Positions 31,487 through 44,732 are shown, counted from the stretch's first letter. The stretch: 64,000 nucleotides of DNA from an uncultured Treponema sp. (GCA_964538245.1 CAZIFO010000001.1:58039-122038), one strand, 5' to 3'. A program made the numbers and translations. Notes: a model not told the origin generated them from the sequence alone.

Positions 31487-33463
31487 ATGGCATTTGTACA
31501 GTTTTCAAAGGTGTCGCTTGCATTCGGCGACCGCGACATATTAAAAGATGTTTCTGTGAACCTTGCAAAAGGAAGCAAGGCCGCCCTTACCGGCGCGAAC
31601 GGAACTGGAAAGTCAACGCTTATAAAGGTGATGGCAGGGCTTGTACAGCCCGACGACGGAACAAGAACCGCCTCAAAGGACGCTAGAATCGCGTATCTGC
31701 CGCAGTCCGGGCTTACCCACCATGGCTGCACGCTTCGAGAGGAGGCGGACAAGGCTTTTTCTTTTGGCTACGAGCTTATGGCGGAGCTGGACAAAATCGG
31801 CGACGAGCTAAAGGCTGGAAGCGGAAACCAGAACGCGCTTCTTGAGCGGCACGACAAGATTATGACAGAGCTTGAGGATTCAGGATGGAACCGCAGAAGC
31901 GTAATGGCGGAGCAGGTTCTGATCGGACTTGGCTTTACGCACAGCGACCTTGACAGGAACTGCGAGGAGTTCTCAGGCGGCTGGCAGATGAGAATCGCGC
32001 TTGCAAAAGCCCTGATGGTGAACCCTGACATCCTTCTTCTTGATGAGCCTACAAACTACCTTGACATTGATGCGCGCGGCTGGCTTGAGAATTTTCTTGA
32101 CAACTACAAGGGCGGATTTCTGCTTGTCTCGCACGACAGATATTTTCTTGACCACACAGTAAATGAAGTCTACGAGCTTTTTAACGGCGAGCTGCACCGT
32201 TATCCAGGCAACTTTACCCATTATGAGAAAGTTCGCGAGGTTGAGCTTGAGACTTTAATAAAGGAATACGAAAAGCAGCAGGAAGAAATACAGCACCTGC
32301 AGGAATTCATCGACCGATTCGGCGCAAAGGCGACAAAGGCGGCGCAGGCTCAGGAGCGGCAGAAAATGCTCGACAAGATTCTTGAGCACGAGATTGTGAT
32401 TCCTGAAAGCCTCAAGAAAATCCATTTTAAGTTTCCTCCGGCTCCGCACGCAGGAAGGCTTGTGGCCACTCTTAAAGGAGTTACAAAGTCCTACGACGGA
32501 AAGCGCAACGTGATTGACAATCTTGACCTTGTCCTTGAAAACGGCGACCGCCTTGTTGTCGCAGGACACAACGGAGCCGGAAAATCGACGCTTTTAAGAA
32601 TCATTGCAGGCGTTGACCCGGACTTTACAGGCGAAGTCAAGCTTGGAACTGGCGTTTCAATCGGCTACTTTTCCCAGGACAACGCCGAGACGCTTAAAGG
32701 CAGCGCGTCAATTCTGGAGACAATCGAGAACGAGGCTCCGACCGAGCTTGTGCCGAAAGTCCGCGACATGCTCGGAGCGTTTTTGTTCCGCGGCGATGAT
32801 GTCTTTAAGAGCCTTGACGTGCTTTCAGGCGGTGAAAAGGCAAGAGTCGCGCTTCTAAGGCTTCTTTTGCGTCCGGTAAATCTTCTGATTCTCGATGAGC
32901 CTACAAACCACCTCGACATGCATTCAAAAGACGTGCTCCTTGACGCGCTCAAGGACTTCGGCGGAACTGTCGTGTTTGTAAGCCACGACCGCGGCTTTAT
33001 AGAAGACCTTTCAACCCGCGTGCTTGAGCTAAAGCCTGGCAAATACCGGATTTTTCCAGGCGACTACAAGTATTACATGCAGCGGCTCGAAGACGAGGCG
33101 AACGGCGTTGTGCCTTCGGAAAATGCTGAGCTGAAATCTAAAAATGAAGACGCTAGTGGCAAAAATGAAACTGCTTCGGCCGACGCAGGAAAAAGCCAGG
33201 CGAAACTCGACTGGGAAGAGAAGAAAAAGCTTGAGGCCGAAAAGCGAAAGGCAGAAAAAGCCGTAAAAACTCTTGAGGACGAAATTCTGAAGACCGAGGC
33301 AGAAAAAAAAGCTGAAGAGAACAAGATGGCGGATCCTGCCGTCTACTCAAACGGCGAAAAGGCGAAAGCCGTCCAGAAGAAAATCGAGGAGCTTTCCGCA
33401 AAGCTCGACGAGCTGAACGACAAATGGATGGAAGCCGCCGACAATCTTGAAAAATACAATTAG
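31487..33463 (+). CDS. ABC-F family ATPase
   Basis: Two NBDs (GANGTGKS, FSGGW, LDEPTNYLD; GHNGAGKS, LSGGE), no TM segments, C-terminal coiled coil. Confidence 0.93.
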   Translation: MAFVQFSKVSLAFGDRDILKDVSVNLAKGSKAALTGANGTGKSTLIKVMAGLVQPDDGTRTASKDARIAYLPQSGLTHHGCTLREEADKAFSFGYELMAELDKIGDELKAGSGNQNALLERHDKIMTELEDSGWNRRSVMAEQVLIGLGFTHSDLDRNCEEFSGGWQMRIALAKALMVNPDILLLDEPTNYLDIDARGWLENFLDNYKGGFLLVSHDRYFLDHTVNEVYELFNGELHRYPGNFTHYEKVREVELETLIKEYEKQQEEIQHLQEFIDRFGAKATKAAQAQERQKMLDKILEHEIVIPESLKKIHFKFPPAPHAGRLVATLKGVTKSYDGKRNVIDNLDLVLENGDRLVVAGHNGAGKSTLLRIIAGVDPDFTGEVKLGTGVSIGYFSQDNAETLKGSASILETIENEAPTELVPKVRDMLGAFLFRGDDVFKSLDVLSGGEKARVALLRLLLRPVNLLILDEPTNHLDMHSKDVLLDALKDFGGTVVFVSHDRGFIEDLSTRVLELKPGKYRIFPGDYKYYMQRLEDEANGVVPSENAELKSKNEDASGKNETASADAGKSQAKLDWEEKKKLEAEKRKAEKAVKTLEDEILKTEAEKKAEENKMADPAVYSNGEKAKAVQKKIEELSAKLDELNDKWMEAADNLEKYN

Positions 33464-33564
33464 ATTGCATTTAACAATTTTTATCTTCTGCTTAAACAAG
33501 CGATTATATGTTGTTTAGGTCAAACTTATTTGACAAATCGCTTATGTGGCTTCAAAATTAAACA

Positions 33565-34599
33565 ATGACGGTTTCTGAAATAAAAGTTGCTGACGGAATA
33601 AAAGGCTGGAATGTTTCAAACGGAGACATGAGCTTTTCCGCGATGGAGTTTGGCTGCACGATTACAAATCTTTTTGTGCCTGATAAAAACGGAAAAAAAA
33701 TTGATGTTCTTCTTGGATTTGATGATTTTGAAGGCTGGAAGAACGGAACCCAGGCGCACAACGCTCTTGTCGGGCGCTTTGCGAACAGAATCGGCGGCGC
33801 GTCTTTTGTTCTTGACGGCAAAAAATACGAGCTGGACAAAAACAACGGCGCAAACTGTCTGCACGGAGGATTTTTCCGCTACGAAAAGCAGGTGTGGCGC
33901 GGCGAGCCTTTCCAAAGCCAGGATGAGGCCGGAATTGTCTTTATGCGGAAAAGTCCTGACGGCGAGCAGCATTTTCCCGGAAATCTAAAAATCAAGGCTG
34001 TCTACACGCTTAACACAAAAAATCAGCTGAAACTTGAATATTTTGCGGAAAGCGACAAGCCGACTCCTGTAAATCTTACGAACCATGCGTATTTTAACCT
34101 TGACGGCGGCGGCGACATCCTGAACCACAAAGTGTGGCTCGACTCGGACAAAATCCTTGAGATAAATGACATGGTTCCGACAGGCGAATTTCTTGATGTC
34201 TCAAAAAAAGAGAACCGTGCGTTTGATTTTAGAGACTTAAAGAAAGTCGGAGAAGACTTTGGCCTTGTTTCAAAAGCAGATCCTTCAATGCGCGGATATG
34301 ACCATTGCTTTGTGACAAAGGGCTGTGAAATGGGCGCAGTTCTTGCCGGCACTTGCGAATCTGAAAAATCCGGAATCAAGATGAAAATCTACACGAACCA
34401 GCGCGGAATCCAGTTTTACACGGGAAACTATCTAAAAGGCCCCGGAAAAAACGGCTGTGAGCAAAAGCCACAGGGCGGGCTTTGCTTTGAGGCTGAGCGT
34501 TTTCCCGACGCGGTGAACCATCAGAATTTCCCAAGCTGCATTCTGCGGCCGGGAGAAGAATATCATCAGATAACATTTTATGAATTTGGCCTTGCGTGA
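33565..34599 (+). CDS. galM: Aldose 1-epimerase
   Basis: GRFANRI, LHGG, NLTNHAYFNL, YDH, QFYTGN. Confidence 0.92.
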   Translation: MTVSEIKVADGIKGWNVSNGDMSFSAMEFGCTITNLFVPDKNGKKIDVLLGFDDFEGWKNGTQAHNALVGRFANRIGGASFVLDGKKYELDKNNGANCLHGGFFRYEKQVWRGEPFQSQDEAGIVFMRKSPDGEQHFPGNLKIKAVYTLNTKNQLKLEYFAESDKPTPVNLTNHAYFNLDGGGDILNHKVWLDSDKILEINDMVPTGEFLDVSKKENRAFDFRDLKKVGEDFGLVSKADPSMRGYDHCFVTKGCEMGAVLAGTCESEKSGIKMKIYTNQRGIQFYTGNYLKGPGKNGCEQKPQGGLCFEAERFPDAVNHQNFPSCILRPGEEYHQITFYEFGLA

Positions 34600-34616
34600 T
34601 TTTCTGGAGGAAAAAA

Positions 34617-35819
34617 ATGGCGGACGCACTTACGAAACATGAATATTCGGCGGAGGAGCTTTTAAGCGCTTTTATAAAAATGTACGGCGGGGAGAAATCC
34701 TCGGTGCGTATTTTTTCTTCTCCGGCTAGAATCAACATAATCGGCGAGCACATTGACTACAACGGCGGCAAGGTTTTTCCGGCGTGTATAAACCGCTATC
34801 TTTATCTTGCGGTCAGAAAAAGAAGCGATTCGAAAATCCTCTATAATGATGTACGGTTTCCGGGAAGCTTTGAGTTTGATGTGAATGATAATTTTGTCTA
34901 CGACAAGAAGAATGACTACGCAAACTATTTAAATGGAATCTTAAGCCAGATGAAAGAGATGGGATTTAGCTTTCCATGCGGCTTTGAGATTATTATGGCA
35001 TCGAACATTCCGGCAGGCGGAGGAATTTCTTCTTCCTCTGCGCTTGAGTGCGGATTTGCCTATGCGGTGAGCGAAGTTTTCGGCTTTAACCTTAGCCGCG
35101 TGGAGATTGCGAAGCTGGGGCAGATGAGCGAGCACAAGTTTATGAACGTGAACTGCGGAATTATGGACCAGTTTATAATCGCGACAGGCCGGCGGAATTT
35201 CGCCGAGATTCTGGACTGCGCGACTCTCGAATACGAGTACGTGCCGCTGAACTTGGGTGACTACAGGTTTATTGTGATGAACACAAACAAGGCGAGAAAG
35301 CTTGCCGATTCCAAATACAACGAGCGGAGAAGCGAATGTGAAAGCGCCCTCAAGATTCTGCAGGACGGCGGAATTAAGGCCAGCGCGCTCTGCGGCCTTA
35401 CGCCTGAAAAATGGGAAGAATGCAAATCGTTGATAAAGGAAGAGAACCTAAGAAAGCGCGCGGAGCACTGCGTTTATGAAAACCAGCGAGTCCTTGATGC
35501 TGCCGTAGCCCTTAAAGCTAACGACTTGAAAAAGCTCGGCCGGCTCTTAAATGAAAGCCACATTTCCCTGCGCGACAACTACGAAGTGACAGGAGCTGAG
35601 CTTGACACTCTCGCCGAGAGCGCATGGCGGCAGGACGGCTGCCTGGGAGCCAGAATGACCGGCGCGGGCTTTGGCGGCTGCGCGATTGCGCTTGTCCATA
35701 AGGACAAGGCTGCCTCTTTTATAGAGAACGTGCAGAACGTCTACACAGAAAAAATCGGCCACGGAGCTGGATTTTTTGTATGCGGCTCAGGCGACGGCGT
35801 TATGGAAGCGGAAGTTTAA
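34617..35819 (+). CDS. galK: Galactokinase
   Basis: RINIIGEHIDY, GISSSSA, CGIMDQ, GARMTGAGFGG. Confidence 0.95.
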   Translation: MADALTKHEYSAEELLSAFIKMYGGEKSSVRIFSSPARINIIGEHIDYNGGKVFPACINRYLYLAVRKRSDSKILYNDVRFPGSFEFDVNDNFVYDKKNDYANYLNGILSQMKEMGFSFPCGFEIIMASNIPAGGGISSSSALECGFAYAVSEVFGFNLSRVEIAKLGQMSEHKFMNVNCGIMDQFIIATGRRNFAEILDCATLEYEYVPLNLGDYRFIVMNTNKARKLADSKYNERRSECESALKILQDGGIKASALCGLTPEKWEECKSLIKEENLRKRAEHCVYENQRVLDAAVALKANDLKKLGRLLNESHISLRDNYEVTGAELDTLAESAWRQDGCLGARMTGAGFGGCAIALVHKDKAASFIENVQNVYTEKIGHGAGFFVCGSGDGVMEAEV

Positions 35820-35825
35820 GAATAA

Positions 35826-36704
35826 TCAGCTTTGCATATCCTCAAAAACGGCCTTTAGCTCATACGCAAATGAATAAAGGTCGTTAAAAAGCATTTCGTT
35901 TTTTGACGCGCAGTCGCCGAAAAATTCTACAGTATTGTTGCTTGATTTTTCAACAGCCTCAATGCTCTTAAGAACGTTGTCAATTTCTGCAATGTTTGTC
36001 TCGACAAGCGAACTGACGCTGCCGACGTTCTGATTGTTCTGAGTGTTGATTTCCTTTACATTTTCAAACTGCTGCATCGTGGCTTTTGCTTCTTCTGAAA
36101 GTTTCTGAAGATTATCAGAATTTTGCTTCGTCAGTTTTTCAAGAGTCGAAATTGACTCCGACAAATTCTCAACATTGCGGTTGATTTCATCAGAAGTCTT
36201 GCTTGTTTCTCCGGAAAGTTTCTTGACTTCGTTCGCAATAACGCGGAATCCGACTCCGGCCTGGCCAGCGCGGGCCGCTTCAATTGACGCATTGAACGAA
36301 AGAAGATTTGTCTGCTGCGAGATGTCCTGGATGTCATTGATTTTAGAAGTGATTGTCTTTGTCTGTAAAATCAGATTTTTGAACTGCTCTTCGTAATGTT
36401 TCTGCTCAGAATCAATTTTATCCACAGATTCCTGCAGTTTTTTTATTGCGAGCGCAATCTGGTCAAGGCGGGCAATATTCTGGGCCGCGTTCTCGGAAAT
36501 TTCCTTGGTTTTTTCGCCCATTTCCTGGGTTCCGTTCTTAAGATGGGCCATCACCTCGCGCTGCTCTTGCGCAGCCTTTTCCTGCTCCTGCCGGCTAGAA
36601 AGATATTCTTTTAGAAAATTTCCGCCGATTGCATCTTTCGCAAGGTAACTTATAAGAGTCTGGACAAGGTTCATTCCGCATTTTACAAGATTTATTTCTT
36701 CCAT
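35826..36704 (-). CDS. Soluble methyl-accepting chemotaxis protein
   Basis: [34 protein letters not shown]; no TM segment. Confidence 0.9.
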   Translation of the reverse strand: MEEINLVKCGMNLVQTLISYLAKDAIGGNFLKEYLSSRQEQEKAAQEQREVMAHLKNGTQEMGEKTKEISENAAQNIARLDQIALAIKKLQESVDKIDSEQKHYEEQFKNLILQTKTITSKINDIQDISQQTNLLSFNASIEAARAGQAGVGFRVIANEVKKLSGETSKTSDEINRNVENLSESISTLEKLTKQNSDNLQKLSEEAKATMQQFENVKEINTQNNQNVGSVSSLVETNIAEIDNVLKSIEAVEKSSNNTVEFFGDCASKNEMLFNDLYSFAYELKAVFEDMQS

Positions 36705-36714
36705 TTTTTTCTCC

Positions 36715-37854
36715 CTAATCGCCGATTGCAACTGTTACAAGAGTCTGGTTGCAGTGAACTCTGCCAATCTGTTCGCCGTAGCAAGAAAATCCGCAGAACG
36801 TAGGAAAGGCTTTTTTATATTTTCCAATGATTTTGTTGCTCAGATTCGTGCGTTCAAAATACATTGTGCGCGTAATGCAAGTCATCATAAGGACGAATTT
36901 CGGGCGGGGAATTGAAGCAAGAATCTCCGAGCAAGTTTCGTCGCATTTTTCTTCCGCGTTTCCAATGTGCATCATTTCGAGAGTTGAATTTGGAACAATC
37001 CGCGCAAAAGTCGAAATTGACTTGTCCGCGCCGAATCCTGCAAGAGCCGCGATGTGAATCGCGCCGTTTATGTGGCGTCCGAACGGATTTTCAAAAGTCA
37101 TTCTTTCCGCCGCGGTTTCTGAAGCTCCAATCTGCTCTGCATAAACTTGTTTTGCCGGACGGTTGTTCAGCTTGTAAATTGTTCTTTTTACAGTGTCAGA
37201 TTCTGTGACGAAGACAGTTTTTCCGGTCGGATTAAAAATATCTTCCTGCCGGATGTTGAATTTGCACGGAGTTTTGACAAAAAGCATAACCGCTCCGTCA
37301 TTTGTCGTGTTTCCATTATAGCTCACGAAAGTCTTCGCTTCGCTTCCTGTGTAGCCAGCAGTTCCTCCGGCGAGCTTAAATTCATCATCTTTTATGATTG
37401 AATAAAAATTTGAAAGAATTGTCTCTTCCGCGTTGAAAACTCCGTTTATAAAAGTGATTGCAAACGCGTTTTTGTGCGATGATGAATCTCCAGGCCGAAT
37501 TCCACATTCGTTCAAAGCATTGACAATATCATCTTTGAACGCGACAGGATATTTGCTTCCTTTTTCAATCAGGACGCCTTTGACTTTTGTTCCAAGATCG
37601 CTCATCGTTGTAAGAACAACCGAATCATTCTTAAATCCTGCCAAGTCAATTTCTCCGGCTGTGCTTGTTCCAATCACTTCGCTTGAAGGAAATTTATCTT
37701 TTATCGCTTTTGAAAGTGCTGAAAAATCGTAGCTTATCGCCGCCATAAAAATCACAGCTTTGTATGAATCCGGCGAGTTTCTTAGCTTGTGGGCCAAATC
37801 CTCCGCCGCGCCTTGAGGGTCTTTTATTGTCGTAGAAACAACTTCCTGTTCCAT
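36715..37854 (-). CDS. FIST-domain signal transduction protein
   Basis: [37 protein letters not shown]. Confidence 0.85.
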   Translation of the reverse strand: MEQEVVSTTIKDPQGAAEDLAHKLRNSPDSYKAVIFMAAISYDFSALSKAIKDKFPSSEVIGTSTAGEIDLAGFKNDSVVLTTMSDLGTKVKGVLIEKGSKYPVAFKDDIVNALNECGIRPGDSSSHKNAFAITFINGVFNAEETILSNFYSIIKDDEFKLAGGTAGYTGSEAKTFVSYNGNTTNDGAVMLFVKTPCKFNIRQEDIFNPTGKTVFVTESDTVKRTIYKLNNRPAKQVYAEQIGASETAAERMTFENPFGRHINGAIHIAALAGFGADKSISTFARIVPNSTLEMMHIGNAEEKCDETCSEILASIPRPKFVLMMTCITRTMYFERTNLSNKIIGKYKKAFPTFCGFSCYGEQIGRVHCNQTLVTVAIGD

Positions 37855-37965
37855 TATGCGTTCTCCCATAAAAATTTCGACGCTATTTCAGGTGAAGTTT
37901 TTATTTTAGTCTTCTAAAATTTTATTAATAAGAATTCTACATCTGATATAAGGAATTTTCAAATT

Positions 37966-39147
37966 CTAATAGAAGATTTCAGCCATGTTCACAACAAGAA
38001 ATCCGCTCCGTCCAGTTTTGTAAAAATCATTTTCTTCCCAGGAAACCGCAAGATAATCGCCAGAAATGCAGAAATCTCCGTAAACATATTCCTTTGGAAG
38101 CTTTGGAAGCCTGAACGCCACAGTCTTTCCGTTGTTCAGCAAAGTCCGGCCTTTGAGCGAGCCCGAAAAATAAGCTGTTCCGTCGCCGAAAATCGCGCAA
38201 ATCCATTCTGGAGTTAAAATTGCATTTGCCTCGGCTCCGTCGTCATTCACATTTTTCGCAGTTTTGCCGTCCGGAGAAGAGCCGCCGAAAAAATATTCCG
38301 GGGAAGCTCCGCCGTTTCTGTGCAGAGAAAGCAAAAAGTCAAAGTCGGCGGGAATTGACGAGAGAAGATTTTTTAATCTCGAAGGCGCGCTTAAGAAATT
38401 TTTTGGCGCGTTGATTTTTCTGTATTCATCTTTTGATATTTCTGAAATTGTGATTTTTTCCGGGCTTGGCGCAGGCGAAAGGGACGCAAGGCTTCCGTTT
38501 GAAGACCATTTTATATATCTGAAATCTGTTTTTCCTTTTCCGTTTATTTTAATAGAAGAAAACCAGTTTTTTCCGTCAAAATATGTTCCGGAAACTTCCG
38601 CGTTGTCTTCAATCTTCAAATCTGAATAAGTTACGCAAGGAAAAAACATTGAATTCTCAAGCGAAAGGCGGACTACGTGGCTTTCTTCCTGATTTTTCAC
38701 AGAATCAGGATTTGTTTCGTTCAGATTTTTGTTGAAAAGAGAATTTTTTGAAAGCGTAAAAAATGGAACATCATTTTCAAAAACAAGATTTCCGGCGGTA
38801 GAAGTTGAAAAAAGCGCGGAATCTTGAATCAGCTTCGGCTCGGCTGAATTCTCAAAAAGAAGAACTCCAAAATGATTCACAAGCAGGATTCCCTTTCCCG
38901 CTGAATCCACGTTTCCGTCGCAGATTCTAAGGCTTTCTGTCCAAGGCTTGAGCGAAAGAATCGGCGAATGTTCAGGCAAATCAGTTTCAACGTATGAGCC
39001 TGAAGAAAAATAATACCATTTGTGGTCAGATGATTTTTCTTCAATTTCTACAGCTTGCTCAGGATTTTTTCCGGAATTTTTTTTATCTTCACAGCCGCAA
39101 AAAATTGTGGCGGCCGCAAATGCGAAAAGAATTTTAGACAATTTCAT
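37966..39147 (-). CDS. Hypothetical lipoprotein
   Basis: Signal peptide with FCGC lipobox; 393-aa ORF. Confidence 0.7.
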   Translation of the reverse strand: MKLSKILFAFAAATIFCGCEDKKNSGKNPEQAVEIEEKSSDHKWYYFSSGSYVETDLPEHSPILSLKPWTESLRICDGNVDSAGKGILLVNHFGVLLFENSAEPKLIQDSALFSTSTAGNLVFENDVPFFTLSKNSLFNKNLNETNPDSVKNQEESHVVRLSLENSMFFPCVTYSDLKIEDNAEVSGTYFDGKNWFSSIKINGKGKTDFRYIKWSSNGSLASLSPAPSPEKITISEISKDEYRKINAPKNFLSAPSRLKNLLSSIPADFDFLLSLHRNGGASPEYFFGGSSPDGKTAKNVNDDGAEANAILTPEWICAIFGDGTAYFSGSLKGRTLLNNGKTVAFRLPKLPKEYVYGDFCISGDYLAVSWEENDFYKTGRSGFLVVNMAEIFY

Positions 39148-39168
39148 AGTTCTATTTTCGGCACAAAA

Positions 39169-39675
39169 TCACTCGAACTTTGCAATCTCTTTCTGGCAAA
39201 GCTGGTCGCAGAGCTCGTTGAATTCAACGCCGGCGTGGCCTTTTACCCAGATCCATTCCACGTTAAGGCTTGAATTAAGCGCGTCGAGTTTTTCCCAAAG
39301 CTCCTTGTTCTTGACCGGCTTTTTGTCCGCTGTGAGCCAGCCTTTTTTCTTCCAGCTAAAAATCCAGCTTGTAATTCCGTTCTTTACATACTGGCTGTCG
39401 ATGTGAAGCTCCACCGGGCAGGAACGAAGCCGCTCCGTGTTATAGACAACGGAAAGCGCGCTTATTGCCGCCGTAAGCTCCATCTTGTTGTTTGTCGTGA
39501 ATTTTTCTCCGCCAGAAAGCTGCCTCGCCTCGCCGTCAACAATCACAACGCAGGCCCAGCCGCCCGGCCCTGGATTTCCGTGGCAGCCGCCGTCTGTGTA
39601 TATTGTAATTGGATTTTCTGATTTCTTGTTTTCCTGAGTATTTGGAAGCGAGTCAAAGTTAAGTTCGTTTTGCAT
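39169..39675 (-). CDS. rnhA: Ribonuclease HI
   Basis: YTDGGCHGNPGPGG, TTNNKMEL, DSQYV, WVKGH, NELCD. Confidence 0.95.
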   Translation of the reverse strand: MQNELNFDSLPNTQENKKSENPITIYTDGGCHGNPGPGGWACVVIVDGEARQLSGGEKFTTNNKMELTAAISALSVVYNTERLRSCPVELHIDSQYVKNGITSWIFSWKKKGWLTADKKPVKNKELWEKLDALNSSLNVEWIWVKGHAGVEFNELCDQLCQKEIAKFE

Positions 39676-39790
39676 GGAAAGAAGTTTATCAGAAAAAAAA
39701 TATCTGGAAAACATGCGTTGCTTGCGCCCGCCAAAAATGTATAGTATAATTTAAAAAAAACAAGGAATTTATTTAATTTTTATAAACTGT

Positions 39791-41134
39791 ATGTTAAACA
39801 GACTGAAACGAATTTTAGATGCAAATGACTCTTTGTCCAAGGACCGTGCAAGAATCGTCGCGACTTTCTGTGATGTCTGCGCTCTTACTTATCATGTCCT
39901 GATATTTTTTGTTTTTATCTTCTTAAAAGTTTATCCGATGGTCATCTACAATGTTTTCAGCATAACTTTGTTCACGTTCGTCCTGTTCAGAATACAGAAA
40001 GTTAATTCTTTCGTAAGGCTCTATTCATGGTGCTCGATTGAAGTTATTCCGCACCAGATTCTGTCTGACTATTTTTTAGGAACTTACGCGAATTTCCATT
40101 TCTTCATTTTGCTTATGGGCCTTATTCCGTTCCTTGTGTTCAAGAACAAGTCGAAGGTTCTTGTTCCTTTTGCGTTTTTCACAAGCCTTCTTTTTATAAT
40201 AATAGAAAATTGCCAGAGCCAGCCCAAGTATGACGTGAATTCTTTAACGCAGTCCGTGCTCCGGCTTGCGAATGTTTCTCTTTCTGTCGGAATCATTTTC
40301 TTTATGATTTTGATTTTCACTTATATTGTTGATAACTATGAAACTAAGCTTCGGGAGACAAACCAGGCCCTGGCTGGTGAAATTGCGCTAGCTGCGGTAA
40401 TCCAGCAAAATTTCTTTAAGCAGGATTTAGCGGAAGTTAAAAATGTTGAGATTTCTTTCTATAATAAGCCTATGGCCGGGGTTTCAGGCGATGTGTACGA
40501 TTTTTACAAGACCGGGGCAAAACTTGATGGATTCGGGCTCTTTGATATTTCAGGCCACGGAATTTCTTCTGGACTTGTGACTATGCTTGTGAAGAACATC
40601 ATAAATAAAGAGTTTTATGATCATACCAGCCTTGAGCTTTGGGAAATAATGGAGCATATAAATGAGCGTGTCATTTCGGAGAAGGGCGGAATTCAGAACT
40701 ACCTTACAGGAGTTCTCGTCCGATTTGCAGGAAATGGACAGATTGAGCTAGTTTCCGCCGGACATCCAATGCCGATAATCTACCGTAAGAATACCGAAAG
40801 GTGCGAGCTTTTAAGGCAGGATTCTTCAAGCGTTGGCGCGATTGGAATTGCCGGATTCCCGTATTTTTATAATTCTATTTTTGTTGATTTTAACGAAGGC
40901 GATGAGATTGTGCTTTATTCTGACGGAATTTCTGATGCTGTCAATGAGAACGGAGAGGAGTTTGGAACTGGCCGTTTTATGCACGTCATAGAGGCAAACG
41001 CTTCGAAAAAAATGAACGTAAATGACCAGGCGGCGGCTGTCGTCAGGGAAATCGATCTGTTCCGCGGAAAAAAGGCCCTGACTGACGATTTGACATTTAT
41101 AATTTTGAAAAAATCTCCTGAAAACATGGCCTAG
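39791..41134 (+). CDS. Membrane-bound PP2C/SpoIIE-family phosphatase
   Basis: N-terminal TM helices; VSGDVYD, DISGHG, AGHP, YSDGI, DDLT. Confidence 0.9.
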   Translation: MLNRLKRILDANDSLSKDRARIVATFCDVCALTYHVLIFFVFIFLKVYPMVIYNVFSITLFTFVLFRIQKVNSFVRLYSWCSIEVIPHQILSDYFLGTYANFHFFILLMGLIPFLVFKNKSKVLVPFAFFTSLLFIIIENCQSQPKYDVNSLTQSVLRLANVSLSVGIIFFMILIFTYIVDNYETKLRETNQALAGEIALAAVIQQNFFKQDLAEVKNVEISFYNKPMAGVSGDVYDFYKTGAKLDGFGLFDISGHGISSGLVTMLVKNIINKEFYDHTSLELWEIMEHINERVISEKGGIQNYLTGVLVRFAGNGQIELVSAGHPMPIIYRKNTERCELLRQDSSSVGAIGIAGFPYFYNSIFVDFNEGDEIVLYSDGISDAVNENGEEFGTGRFMHVIEANASKKMNVNDQAAAVVREIDLFRGKKALTDDLTFIILKKSPENMA

Positions 41135-41271
41135 CTCATCTGTGATTCCGTATTTTGTGTTTGCCTAAAAAAAACTATAAAAATCTATTTTTTTCTTGCC
41201 GATTGCATTTCATTTTTATATTTTAAAAGTAAAGCTGATGAAAATCAGTTGAAAATGTAATTAATTTTTGA

Positions 41272-42927
<1,656 letters not shown>

Positions 42928-42994
42928 TCTAAAGAAGGCTTCGTAAGGAGCCTTGCTTATAAAAATATCACGGAAACAAAGTGATTAAGATGTG

Positions 42995-43043
42995 AAAAAC
43001 GGCTGCTGCGGTTTTTATAAAGCCACGGCAGCCGTTTTTTTTT
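42995..43043. terminator. Bidirectional intrinsic terminator
   Basis: AAAAACGGCTGC...GCAGCCGTTTTTTTTT. Confidence 0.85.
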
Positions 43044-43046
43044 GAT

Positions 43047-44732
43047 TTATTTTTTCTCTGAAATTTCAAAAACTGTAAAGCTTCCGTCTGATTCTTGAAT
43101 TCCTTTTATTTCAACATTATGTCCGGAAAGTTTTTTCAAATCTTCGATTCTGACTGGCTTCGGCGGATTTTCGGAGCGTTTTTCTCCGTTCATTTCTCGC
43201 TGGCCGAAGTTATTTTCCAGCGGATTTTGCGCAAAATTCATAGGATTTCGGCCATTTGGAGCCGGCGGCTGATTTTTGCTGTTCATTTTAAATCCGTTTT
43301 CAAATCTTTCTGACGGACGTTCCGGCATTTGATTTCTTTCTTCCATTAATTTTAAAACTGTGGTTTTATTTTCTTCATCAATCAGCATTGCCTTTTCATT
43401 TACAATTTGAAGCCTGCCAGTTTTTGATGTTAATTCCGGCCACTTTGAATCTTTAGGCGGAACCGGACAGCCTTGTTCCTGGGAAAGATTTGAATCATCT
43501 GACGGATTTTTCTGCGTCTCAATTTTTTCATATTCCGCCGGGGCAATTTTTCCGCCGTCGTCGAGCAAAATCGTTTTTCCGTGAAGATAAGCGTTTTCAT
43601 CATTGTTTTTGTTGTAGAAAATCGTGTTGCCGTTTGATTTTATGTTCTTGAAAGTTTCGTCAGAATCATTGAATTTGTCGAAATAAGAGTCGGCCGTAAA
43701 TTCAGCTTTTGCTTTTTTCGAGATGTTTATGCTCGCTGTTCCGTTTTTTGCGCCGTCAACAAAACCTTTGAAACTTGACTTGTCTTTTAGGTTCAGCTTT
43801 AGTGAAGATATTTTATCAACTTGAATTTCGCCTTCAAGATTTTGATTTTCCGCATTCAGCTCGATTTGAGCGCCGTTAAAGCCTTTTCTTCCCCAGCCGC
43901 GTTTTGAGTCGTTTCCGCTTATCAAAAGAAGAATTCCGCTTTTATTTGTGATTTTTGTATTTGAAAGATTCACGACGCCTTTTGTGTTCGTTGAATAAAT
44001 GAAAGGTCCGTCGGCCATGTTTGTCAGATTTGAATTTTTAACCGTCAGAAATGCCGTTCCCGTTTCGGCATCGCCGCTCATGCTCTGGTAAATCATAATT
44101 CCGGCGGGAATTTCATCGTCAAGCCCGGCGCCGCCAGTCAAATCAGAGTTTTCAATCAAAAGCGAATTTTTTCCTTCTATTACGGCAATTTCAGAAGCAG
44201 CGGCTTTTCCAGATAGATTTTTTGCGTTGATTGTTCCTGTGCAATACAAAACCGGCGAGCCTTTTCCAAAAGTCTGGACTTTTCCTTTGCTTACAGACAC
44301 AGTTCCGCCGCCCATGTCGGTTGCAAAAGCCGCGCAATGTTCGCCCAAAGTTGAAATTCCAACGTTGCGGGCGTTTATTTTTCCGCCGAACGCCGCATAA
44401 AGTCCGCGCGAGCCGTTTTGTTTTGTGCTGATTTTTACATTTGAAACATCGACAGAAGTGTTTTTTCCATAGGTAAAAACTGCGTTCAGGCCGTCTTCAT
44501 CAGTTTCAAGATTTTTATTTGAAATTTTTTTCTTTCCTTCTGTCACTTTTACAAGAGCATTAAACTCTTCTTTTTCCATTTTTGGTTCATCTTGCGAAGA
44601 AATCGCTGGAAAGGAAACTGAATTTTTGTCATTTTCAGAAGAACTAACCGGATAAGCCGTTACGAGCATTGCGGCTACAAAAAGCATTGTGAAAGCAAGA
44701 ACTAAAATAAGTTTCGAAATTGTTTTTTTCAT
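43047..44732 (-). CDS. Secreted protein with beta-helix/passenger-like repeats
   Basis: Signal peptide; repeated I.T.G..S.A/G units, IMIYQSMSGD, WG..G.NG; low-complexity C-terminus. Confidence 0.6.
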   Translation of the reverse strand: MKKTISKLILVLAFTMLFVAAMLVTAYPVSSSENDKNSVSFPAISSQDEPKMEKEEFNALVKVTEGKKKISNKNLETDEDGLNAVFTYGKNTSVDVSNVKISTKQNGSRGLYAAFGGKINARNVGISTLGEHCAAFATDMGGGTVSVSKGKVQTFGKGSPVLYCTGTINAKNLSGKAAASEIAVIEGKNSLLIENSDLTGGAGLDDEIPAGIMIYQSMSGDAETGTAFLTVKNSNLTNMADGPFIYSTNTKGVVNLSNTKITNKSGILLLISGNDSKRGWGRKGFNGAQIELNAENQNLEGEIQVDKISSLKLNLKDKSSFKGFVDGAKNGTASINISKKAKAEFTADSYFDKFNDSDETFKNIKSNGNTIFYNKNNDENAYLHGKTILLDDGGKIAPAEYEKIETQKNPSDDSNLSQEQGCPVPPKDSKWPELTSKTGRLQIVNEKAMLIDEENKTTVLKLMEERNQMPERPSERFENGFKMNSKNQPPAPNGRNPMNFAQNPLENNFGQREMNGEKRSENPPKPVRIEDLKKLSGHNVEIKGIQESDGSFTVFEISEKK

